Shown here in pieces: positions 44,201 through 51,048 of a stretch of 51,048 bases of DNA. Below the pieces are notes generated by a model. That model ran no database searches and was not told the DNA's origin. It saw only the letters and a program-made list of their open reading frames with translations. Position 1 is the stretch's first letter; every line of letters begins with the position of its first letter. A program made the translations under genes and the position numbers. Source of the stretch: a virus (taxonomy: Duplodnaviria; Caudoviricetes); IMG/VR virus record IMGVR_UViG_3300030331_003305, positions 1-51,048 of that record, one strand, 5' to 3'.

Positions 44201-46574
44201 TTCTAAATCCTGGTGGATACGAAACATCGCAGAAGAAACAGGAGAAAAATCTTTAGACGCTTTCGTCGTGTCTTTCTTAGGCAAGGGCAGGAAAGAAGCG
44301 GAAGCTCAAAAGTATTTAAATCTGGGAAAAGCTGCAGTAAAAAAACAATTACGTAAAAATCCAGATGCGTCGTATCAAGACATAGAAAAGGCTGTCATAG
44401 GAGCCATGACCCGCGGGGGTCAGGATTCTGTACCTTTAGACCTGACTGCTAGAGGGCTAGGATTTAGAGCTACTGCAGTTGCAAATGCGGCCTCTCAAGA
44501 GAGGGCAGTATTTGATATGATTCGCAGAGTAGGTGGCGTGACGGAAGAAACAGCCCAGAGCTATGTAGCTTTTAAAGGTGCAGATGGAGCTGTCGAGGCA
44601 AAAGCCTTCTCTGGACTTTTGGATTTACTGCAGAAGTATAACCTGCCTATAAGTAGAGAGACATACAGGCGAGCAAAAGAGGATGTGTCCACTACATTAA
44701 AATTAGTAGGTAAACTAAGCGGTGAGGGTCAGAGGGCTTTTATACCTACAGGTATGATAAAAACTGCGGCTAGTAGCTTAGACAACATAACTAAGCAGTT
44801 AATTCAGTACGACCCCACCGGAGATGTGGCTATGAAAATGGCTACAAACAATCTAACGGGCCTAGCATCCCTTTGGAAAACCTCTTTAGTTACAGGTTTA
44901 ATACTGCCCAACCCAGGACACTGGACCAACATATTCTTTGGAAACTTTTCTCAAATGTGGGGAGAGGTAGGTTTTAAAACAGCCACACGGGTCTCTGCTC
45001 AAACGCTTACAGACTTTGTTCCTTTCTTCGGTAAAAAGGTAGACGAGATGTTGGCGCGTAGCCAAAAGAAATTTGGAGAGGATACAACTCTAGGCTCCAC
45101 TTTTAATACTGTATTGAATCCACATCTATCCGCGTTCTTTAATAGAGCTGTGGCTAAAGACTCCGACAAACTTGTAGGAGCTGGGGCAAAATACGCAAAG
45201 ACGTGGGGGGAATTGAGAGAGATTGCTGTCCAAGAGGGTGTTCTTTCTACCTTTATCGGTACAGACATTCGTAAGGCGTTGAGCACTCGGATGTCTGAAA
45301 ATCTTTCAAAGTCTAATTTCCCCAAGTCTAAACAAATACTGAAAGACATTCTCACAGGAGAGCCGTATAAAAATTTTGCGGAAACTGTAGAGCAGCGACA
45401 GCGTGTGGCCCTATTCATGGACCTCGTAATGCGAAAGGGTATGAACCCAAGGCAAGCAGCAGATAACGTAAAGAAAGCACTGTATGACTGGGACTCTCCC
45501 CTATCAGATTGGGAAGCTAAATACTTAAACAACGTATTCCTTTTCTGGCGTTTCTGGAAACTTAGTTTGGGGCAAGCAGGGCGACACCTCATGGACCCTT
45601 TTGTCAAACCACTAGAGAAACCAACGGATTTAATTGCATACAGCATGTTGCAAAAGTCTCCTCTTAGTAGAGGTATTGCACAAGGTAGGATTGCATCTGC
45701 TGCACCAGAATTGGCTTTTGATAAATTAAAAAGCGACATGGAGCAACAGTTAGAGAGTGGGGAAGTCACCCCCGAAGAATACTACCTGTTCTTACTAAGC
45801 ATTAAGTACCCTCATTGGAAGCAGGGGGGAAACAAAGTATTCCTAGCAAATTATCCTATAGACTCTCAAATTTCCGAGCAGTATGAAAAATTAAAGGGAT
45901 ATGCGCCAACTCACGAAGCTGTAACCATGCCAGGGTTAACAACTTTGGACACATATAATATGTTGTTAAGTATGTTAACTGGGCTATCCGCTACTGCCGT
46001 AACTGCAGGTAGGGCGGGCTTTGGAGAAGGGGATGTATCTGCAACAGATGCTATACAAACCGCGGTGAAAACCATTACAAACCCTGCTCTAGAAATGGCC
46101 AACCCTCTTACTAAACCTGCAATAGAACGAATAGAGGAATTTTTCTTAGGGGCTAGAGCGGAATACCGGGCACCTTATGTTAGACTAAAACCTTCCGAGA
46201 AAGCCTTACTAGAAAAGCTAAATGCTGCAGGATTTTTAAATAACTCCGCTAAGAGAAAGGATAAAGACCCCGAAGGAGTCGTTCGTATGAATAGAATGGC
46301 AGTAGATATATTTAGGGCCACTCCATTCTTAGGTACTCAAATGTCTAGGTTGTACGACCCTTTTCTAGAAGCGGGCGAAAGACAAGGTTACACAGAAGGG
46401 TTAATGCACATACTAAGACAGTTAACTGGCTTAGGTAAGGTATATGCCCATGACCCAGAGTATACTATTTCTAGGTCCATATCGGACATAGGGGAAAGAG
46501 CTAGTGAAATGGGTCAAGAGTCTAAGTACGAATCTATAGTTAAAGAAGAAGACGTTGAGATAGAAGACGAATAA
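41214..46574 (+). CDS. Large internal virion / DNA ejection protein (1786 aa)
   Basis: Size and position; glycine-zipper hydrophobic segment IAGAGFLAGGPAGAAGGFLA; C-terminal P.....N..GN and LYD...LS..E......F.FW motifs. Confidence 0.65.
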   Translation: MEPTPQQPSTKLTLKERLAAVKQAREAEPSTQATSTEEAKSVEPMEPANAPVQEQPKTDRKLTLKEKLAEAKARRGQATIPQPTGDPQLPLPMEPKQPAKPPTAMQGGVSASKKDIKVPAYVRRYMDMDDRGEPVLYITQSPNQKTGVNISRHKAKIKRSLLLEEREKWKKAGQEWDDISDEVKEDIKKSVSRKADKLINSWIDEQQGTDTVWIKGDPNYAENDLVDRAKSSMLWRAWAPIEATLFPSTVEVIEKSDIGKTYSQENKITTLERLGRIAPSTVIFTAIKAGGYGNEEHLKELQAGKEAMSYIPEIGDYITDTAENLGLISEETSNNWWINTAIGSGLTIPIILTEPDIATAVIAGAGFLAGGPAGAAGGFLASRGAKGLKAIKPIAALNKTANRANKFKANLAEVAGKTAREKAAVAKQVIRDSQKSSFGTVLKETTSSRLATGKTNKNLDDQVSAQLDAMQEARKAAPSTISEIEKLDLDKLAAKAEGKTPKGGISEFNKLRELTEGNELEALKYVQSKATADALLARELQKRKVYAEGLSQFKPKLATADEYKGVTSKLRSKYDELADLEKSINKKGITDGDLAKRAKLIDEIQGEQKALAKLNAQSGLEVAVKRAEIAQKAADKSRRMAEVLTQVAVKSARMGDEAFSKGVKEANASYTKHKNWLARSAQQADNEILYDTVVGALDDILESTNSLKKNLGVKTKKYNVPELQEKVSDLYDTNVDFKDVNKLFDETFGEGAFAEFVANNGSSALKSANAGSDLVRVTPEMYDELQIAMKSLVDSGVQSQKRELGIELAEQVLENSDFINYFTNISGVNWVSRSMARMAEIGRDFADPARKAFGSTSKAVVKAGRSMDSFFKRSTNEIADVLSERIDKVDDATRAAYIDDLAKETVEYAKEGGLETPLIRELLRQLKMSDEGSLIKRKEAVVNFMRSPDEKLYDKIVAGAMKQQNLKKLMTTTEPLTIQGRRQTMSNVGKTSWWETSKSWWIRNIAEETGEKSLDAFVVSFLGKGRKEAEAQKYLNLGKAAVKKQLRKNPDASYQDIEKAVIGAMTRGGQDSVPLDLTARGLGFRATAVANAASQERAVFDMIRRVGGVTEETAQSYVAFKGADGAVEAKAFSGLLDLLQKYNLPISRETYRRAKEDVSTTLKLVGKLSGEGQRAFIPTGMIKTAASSLDNITKQLIQYDPTGDVAMKMATNNLTGLASLWKTSLVTGLILPNPGHWTNIFFGNFSQMWGEVGFKTATRVSAQTLTDFVPFFGKKVDEMLARSQKKFGEDTTLGSTFNTVLNPHLSAFFNRAVAKDSDKLVGAGAKYAKTWGELREIAVQEGVLSTFIGTDIRKALSTRMSENLSKSNFPKSKQILKDILTGEPYKNFAETVEQRQRVALFMDLVMRKGMNPRQAADNVKKALYDWDSPLSDWEAKYLNNVFLFWRFWKLSLGQAGRHLMDPFVKPLEKPTDLIAYSMLQKSPLSRGIAQGRIASAAPELAFDKLKSDMEQQLESGEVTPEEYYLFLLSIKYPHWKQGGNKVFLANYPIDSQISEQYEKLKGYAPTHEAVTMPGLTTLDTYNMLLSMLTGLSATAVTAGRAGFGEGDVSATDAIQTAVKTITNPALEMANPLTKPAIERIEEFFLGARAEYRAPYVRLKPSEKALLEKLNAAGFLNNSAKRKDKDPEGVVRMNRMAVDIFRATPFLGTQMSRLYDPFLEAGERQGYTEGLMHILRQLTGLGKVYAHDPEYTISRSISDIGERASEMGQESKYESIVKEEDVEIEDE

Positions 46575-46652
46575 ATTATCCACCCCTACAATTTTTTATC
46601 AATTTGTGTTATCTTTCCCACAACTTCCGTGGATTAGGAACAGGAGTCTAAA

Positions 46653-47105
46653 ATGGCCATTAAGCCCCGTAGAATTAAAGCGAATACCACGACTGATTAC
46701 TTAGATTCGTGGCAGGTAATGAACGAAACTGGTGCAGACATCGCGCAAGGTAAGATTGTCCAAATCTCTGGTGTTAACTCATCTGGTGCCTTTTTATTGG
46801 TTAAGCCTTTGGACGTAGGCGCAGCCAGTGCTGCTCTTGTAGATGCTCCAAAGTTTGTAGCAGGAACAAAAATTCCTAACGGTGGAACCGGGGTTGCCCG
46901 CGAAAACTACATCGTAACTAATGTAAATACCTCTGCCGCCGCTGCAGTGGGCTCTCCTGTATTCGCCGCTTTGAGTGGATCTGCGGGCGACTGGGTTATT
47001 TCAGCTCCTGGGGGCTCTCCAACTAAGGTCGGCATCGTTCTTAAAAAAGACGCTACTACTGGTGTTGTTCTGTTAGCTCCTCAAGCTCGTGTCGGTGCCG
47101 CCTAA
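46653..47105 (+). CDS. Virion decoration/fibre protein
   Basis: N.TGA.I..G.IV.ISG and VG.V...DATTGV motifs; CAGGAG SD. Confidence 0.6.
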   Translation: MAIKPRRIKANTTTDYLDSWQVMNETGADIAQGKIVQISGVNSSGAFLLVKPLDVGAASAALVDAPKFVAGTKIPNGGTGVARENYIVTNVNTSAAAAVGSPVFAALSGSAGDWVISAPGGSPTKVGIVLKKDATTGVVLLAPQARVGAA

Positions 47106-47129
47106 TTTATCTTTTATTAGGAGGATACC

Positions 47130-47633
47130 ATGTCTAATTCTGATTTTCCAAGGTTGCGCTACAGTGATGTAGTAGAAACCGAAGCGCGAGCTTTAGGTCA
47201 ATTTAAAGTAGCTGCTAATGCTCCTGCCGCCGAAATCGACACGGACACTCATACAACTGCGGTAAACATCCAAGGGTGTAAGCAGTTGGACATCTTTATC
47301 GATGTGGCCACTAACCCTGGTAGCAGCTCTACAAAACTCTACATCAAGGTCCGATTCTCTGGTAAGCAGGCTCCATCCACGGGTACAAATGCTGACTGGG
47401 GTTACATTCAAGTAGACAAACTCGACACTGCTACAGGCATTAGCTCTGTACAAGATTACATGATTGAGATTGATTTACTTAATGTAAACGGCACAGCTTC
47501 GGCTGTAGTACCTCGACGGTACATCTCTCGTATTCAACAAATTAGTGGTCGCCATGCGAGTGCAGTTGTTTGGGTGGATGCAGGGACGGCAACCGGCACA
47601 GTGTACTTTCAACGTCAGGGCGGGAGTATGTAA
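47130..47633 (+). CDS. Virion structural protein (beta-sandwich)
   Basis: GGAGG SD; beta-rich. Confidence 0.6.
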   Translation: MSNSDFPRLRYSDVVETEARALGQFKVAANAPAAEIDTDTHTTAVNIQGCKQLDIFIDVATNPGSSSTKLYIKVRFSGKQAPSTGTNADWGYIQVDKLDTATGISSVQDYMIEIDLLNVNGTASAVVPRRYISRIQQISGRHASAVVWVDAGTATGTVYFQRQGGSM

Positions 47634-47878
47634 TGCGCTATTTCTACACGCCCATATTTCACGACGCAGACCTCAATCTGTCTTCTCCTGGCCAAGAAAA
47701 AGGGGGTGTACTTGTTGAAGCTGCGCTGCCAACTCCCTGCAGCTCCCCTCTTTGCGACAAAGGGGATGGCCAAAGGTTTGTTTTGTGTATACCAGAGGCG
47801 TCCTTTGAGGCTCCTGACGACTGGCAGGAAAAGACAAAAGAGGAAGTCAATAGCGACTACCCCGACTTAATCCCGTAG
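47633..47878 (+). CDS. Small hypothetical protein, possible fibre chaperone (start 47633)
   Basis: TAATG coupling; GGAG SD. Confidence 0.55.
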   Translation: MRYFYTPIFHDADLNLSSPGQEKGGVLVEAALPTPCSSPLCDKGDGQRFVLCIPEASFEAPDDWQEKTKEEVNSDYPDLIP

Positions 47879-47887
47879 GAGAAACAA

Positions 47888-48934
47888 ATGGCAGTTCATT
47901 GGTCATGGCCGTGGGGCCAAGAATCATCACTAGAGCTAGAAACTAATATGGGCTGGGATTTTCAAAGTACGTCTAGCTCTAACGGCCAACCGGACTCGAC
48001 GACTGTGTATACCTACCCCGGCAGTCCCACGCGGTTTAGTTGGGCGCAAGATGATGCTCTTTTTAATAATAGCTTCACGTTACCGACTGAGGCTTGGGTT
48101 CCAGCAGGTTGGCTTTGCGTTCCATTCTACGCAAACGGAACGCTCAACAGCAACACATTTATTTTTGAAGTCAAGGGAGGTTCATCAGGTCGAACCATCG
48201 CGATTCGACATGCTAGTGGTGGGACCGGACAGCTTTACGTCGATAGTAACTTTAAGGCAAATTTTGCGGGTCTAACTATAAATAACTGGCATTTTCTTGC
48301 TTTACAGTACGATATGACTGCTGACCCGTGGTCAGGTCGAGTTTATTTAAATGGGGTAGCTGCCACGGCACAATTTACCGACGCGCAAAATCCCGAAACA
48401 GCAGGTAATTACACCTTTTTTGGCTTCACAGGTGGTACAAGAGCAACTTACTACGGGGGTATCATTGTTTACAACAGCACCTCCGACTCAGGTGAGACTC
48501 CTCTGTTTGTGACTAGACTAGCACCCAACGACGATGGTACAGGGGCGGGCGGAACTGTAGGCACATGGGTTCCCTCCAGCGGCCCCGATGACTTTGCTGT
48601 GACTAATACAGACCCTTTCTCAAACTCTACATTTACACAAGAAGCCTCTCCCTCATCTTTGGATCAATGCGTCACAGAAGTCACCAACATGACGACTCAG
48701 TTAGGGATTACACCCCCTTCGATAGCGGCCATAACCGGTCATACATATAGCAGTGGTAGCGGAATCGTGGTCAATGCAGGGGTCGGTTCTGGTAGCAACT
48801 ACACCGCAGGGGATAATGCGGTGCCTAACGCTGGAGATACCACGTATGCTTTCGGCACCGCACCCGTTGACCCCACAGGGGGTGGTGCCTGGTCTAGCGG
48901 AACGACGGTACGGTTTCGATATAAGGTGGTCTAA
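47888..48934 (+). CDS. Tail/receptor-binding protein with LamG-like segment
   Basis: N.WHFLAL.Y.......VYLNG motif; S/T/G-rich. Confidence 0.6.
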   Translation: MAVHWSWPWGQESSLELETNMGWDFQSTSSSNGQPDSTTVYTYPGSPTRFSWAQDDALFNNSFTLPTEAWVPAGWLCVPFYANGTLNSNTFIFEVKGGSSGRTIAIRHASGGTGQLYVDSNFKANFAGLTINNWHFLALQYDMTADPWSGRVYLNGVAATAQFTDAQNPETAGNYTFFGFTGGTRATYYGGIIVYNSTSDSGETPLFVTRLAPNDDGTGAGGTVGTWVPSSGPDDFAVTNTDPFSNSTFTQEASPSSLDQCVTEVTNMTTQLGITPPSIAAITGHTYSSGSGIVVNAGVGSGSNYTAGDNAVPNAGDTTYAFGTAPVDPTGGGAWSSGTTVRFRYKVV

Positions 48935-50442
48935 TGGCTATTTTACGCGGTCAAATAGGTAGCGTAGTTCACAGCGTTACCCCGTCCAATTCAAAATTGG
49001 AAGGTCAAATAGGCAGCGTAGTCCATTCTGCAAGCCCCTCTTTACTTAAATTAGAAGGACAGTTTGGCTCCGTCGTTCACGAGTCTGCACCAACCACCGC
49101 CGTTTGTCCCGACATTACAGGCAACCCCGGCGTTCCTGCCACATTTGATGGATCTGCCAGCAGTGCTGTACTGTACTACCATTGGAAATGGATTAGCGTC
49201 CCTGGCAGTAGTGCAGTAGCTAATGCACCCATACCCTTCCCCGACAGCGGGGCTACGACTCCCATTGATATGACTAACAATGTGGGCCTATGGCACTTTG
49301 ATACTTTAAATTCTGTGTCTAGTCCAACTGGCTCCATAGGATTACGTGATACCTTCGGCGACGGGTGGCATGGGAACAACTTTGTAAACCTGACCGTCAA
49401 CGGTGCCCCGGCTTTAACAAACATTACCCTACCAAGTGGTGGTGGCCCTTTATGGTTTGATTATGCAGCGAGCACTGGGGATTCTATCGTTGTTACTTTT
49501 ACTGGGGGCTCATTTCCTAATGAATGTTTCTACCTGTTGAATGATGCGGCAGGGGGTACAGGCACGAACTTCTTCACATCGAATAATCCTCCTGTTACAC
49601 CGTACTCTTTTTCTGCTCCTGCTTTCAGTCCCTCTACCAGTTTTAGCACACCAGACACTAGTGGTAACAGTAATACAGCCTCGGTTTTTGGAGCTACGCA
49701 GGTCGCGGGTAAAGTGGGTACACACGCATTAGATTTCTCTGCTGGCAATTATCTTGAGGTGCCCCATTCAGCATCTCTTATTTCGTCAACAGGTACTATA
49801 TCTTTGTGGATTAAAACAAGCACAAGCACTGCTGGAAGCACTGCCTCTTTAATCTCGAAAAATACGACCGCAGCCTCACGGGAGGGGTTTCATCTCTATA
49901 TAGAGAGCAACCAGATTGCAGGGCAACTGAAGGACGCGGGATCTGGGATAACAACAATCGCACCCGCTGGGCCCCTGCTGAATGACGGAGCATGGCATCA
50001 CATAGTGTTTGTTTACACTTCTGGAGGTACTTCAGAAATATATGTAGACGGGGTCATGGTTTCTTCCAGTAGTACAATCCCTTTTACGCCCACTTCGGCA
50101 TTTCCTTTAAGAATCGGCTTAAATGTAGACAGTTTTTGGGGCAACTACGTGGGCTCTATGGATGAAGTGGGTATGTGGAGTAGAGCACTTAGCTCTGCGG
50201 AAATAGACAACATTTATCTTGCACAAGGCGGAACTATAGCAGGATTAGGGTCTAGCACTTTTACATTTACCCCCGATGTAGTCGGCACATACACAATCAA
50301 TCTAGCGGTATCTGGCTCGGTGAACACCAATGCGGATGCTGTAATCTCTTTGCCGTCTAGCGGTGGAGGAGGGCTACCAGGGCAGGGAGGTAGCTTACAG
50401 GGTAACATCTTGCAGGGCTTTAGTACAGAAGGTCTGATATGA
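48934..50442 (+). CDS. Tail fibre/adhesin with PKD-like and LamG domains
   Basis: VGLWHFD, DTSGN, GKVG..ALDF, TISLWIK, NDGAWHHIV, YVDG, G.MDEVGMWSRALS..EI; three N-terminal GQxGSVVH repeats. Confidence 0.8.
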   Translation: MAILRGQIGSVVHSVTPSNSKLEGQIGSVVHSASPSLLKLEGQFGSVVHESAPTTAVCPDITGNPGVPATFDGSASSAVLYYHWKWISVPGSSAVANAPIPFPDSGATTPIDMTNNVGLWHFDTLNSVSSPTGSIGLRDTFGDGWHGNNFVNLTVNGAPALTNITLPSGGGPLWFDYAASTGDSIVVTFTGGSFPNECFYLLNDAAGGTGTNFFTSNNPPVTPYSFSAPAFSPSTSFSTPDTSGNSNTASVFGATQVAGKVGTHALDFSAGNYLEVPHSASLISSTGTISLWIKTSTSTAGSTASLISKNTTAASREGFHLYIESNQIAGQLKDAGSGITTIAPAGPLLNDGAWHHIVFVYTSGGTSEIYVDGVMVSSSSTIPFTPTSAFPLRIGLNVDSFWGNYVGSMDEVGMWSRALSSAEIDNIYLAQGGTIAGLGSSTFTFTPDVVGTYTINLAVSGSVNTNADAVISLPSSGGGGLPGQGGSLQGNILQGFSTEGLI

Positions 50443-50741
50443 AAGACATGAAAGCAAAACGCCGAGCTGCGGTTTTAAAAAGGTTAGGTCTGTCTGGCGT
50501 AAACAAACCTAAACGAACACCGAGCCACCCCAAGAAGTCTCACGTAGTTTACTATAAAGACGGAAACAAAGAGGGCGTTATACGCTTTGGAGAACAAGGT
50601 GCAAGCACTGCAGGGAAACCAAAGTCTGGAGAGTCCGACAGGATGAAGAAGAAGCGAAAGAGCTTCAAGTCCAGACACGGAAAGAACATCGCAAAAGGTA
50701 AATCTTCAGCCGCTTACTGGGCGGATAAGGTGAAGTGGTAA
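50439..50741 (+). CDS. Conserved small basic phage protein
   Basis: NKPKRTP.HPKKSHVV...IRFGEQG...RKSFK.RH......SAAYWADKVKW. Confidence 0.8.
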   Translation: MKDMKAKRRAAVLKRLGLSGVNKPKRTPSHPKKSHVVYYKDGNKEGVIRFGEQGASTAGKPKSGESDRMKKKRKSFKSRHGKNIAKGKSSAAYWADKVKW

Positions 50742-51048
50742 CATGCCTTCTAATTCAAAAAGGACTCAAGCCGCATCTAAAGTGAACCAAGCTGGTAACT
50801 ACACAAAACCCGGTATGCGAAAGCGTTTGTTTGAAAAGATAAAGGCTGGAGGTAAAGGTGGAAATCCGGGGCAGTGGAGTGCTAGAAAAGCCCAGATGCT
50901 GGCTAAACAATATAAAGCTGCAGGTGGAGGGTACAAGTAATGCCCACTCACAAAAGGCGTTTAGCAGCAGCTCAAAAGAGTTTAAAAAAATGGTCAGACC
51001 AGAAATGGCGTACTCCCAGTGGTAAACCGTCTGGAGAAACTGGAGAGG
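50700..51048. repeat. Right copy of terminal overlap
   Basis: Matches 1-352 as described for the left copy. Confidence 0.95.
50743..50940 (+). CDS. DUF5872-like N-terminal half (allele B)
   Basis: 14 substitutions and one indel relative to the 44-244 protein. Confidence 0.8.
   Translation: MPSNSKRTQAASKVNQAGNYTKPGMRKRLFEKIKAGGKGGNPGQWSARKAQMLAKQYKAAGGGYK

Noticed and set aside
1-51048. Lysogeny module, phage RNA polymerase, modified-base pathway or alternative genetic code
   Set aside because: No integrase, RNA polymerase or nucleotide-modification motifs seen; genes tile normally using all three stop codons.

Overview
The window looks like an essentially complete ~50.7 kb genome of a lytic tailed dsDNA phage. 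It has a podovirus-like virion module (TerL, portal, scaffold, major capsid, adaptor, stabilisation protein, large ejection proteins, LamG fibre) and no recognisable integrase, tail tube or tape measure. The ends overlap (1-352 vs 50700-51048), but the two copies carry different alleles of one small gene. The minus-strand arm (3202-20437) carries early genes and a replication cluster: RuvC-like resolvase, family A polymerase, SSB-like protein, SF2 helicase, Cas4-like nuclease, primase-helicase and wHTH. The plus-strand arm (21985-end and 1-3209) carries morphogenesis, lysis and many small basic proteins. A ~1.5 kb non-coding control region separates the arms. The most notable signal is a ~650-700 nt gene-free, heavily base-paired minus-strand RNA (13960-14680) with GNRA loops and its own terminator, resembling the ROOL class of large phage ncRNAs. 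Other notable signals are two further structured RNA elements, a TTCGCGAA operator at seven promoters, a motif shared by the scaffold C-terminus and several small basic proteins, a probable ATT start codon, an internally deleted methyltransferase and a nested-domain tail fibre. All calls come from manual motif reading; no searches were run.
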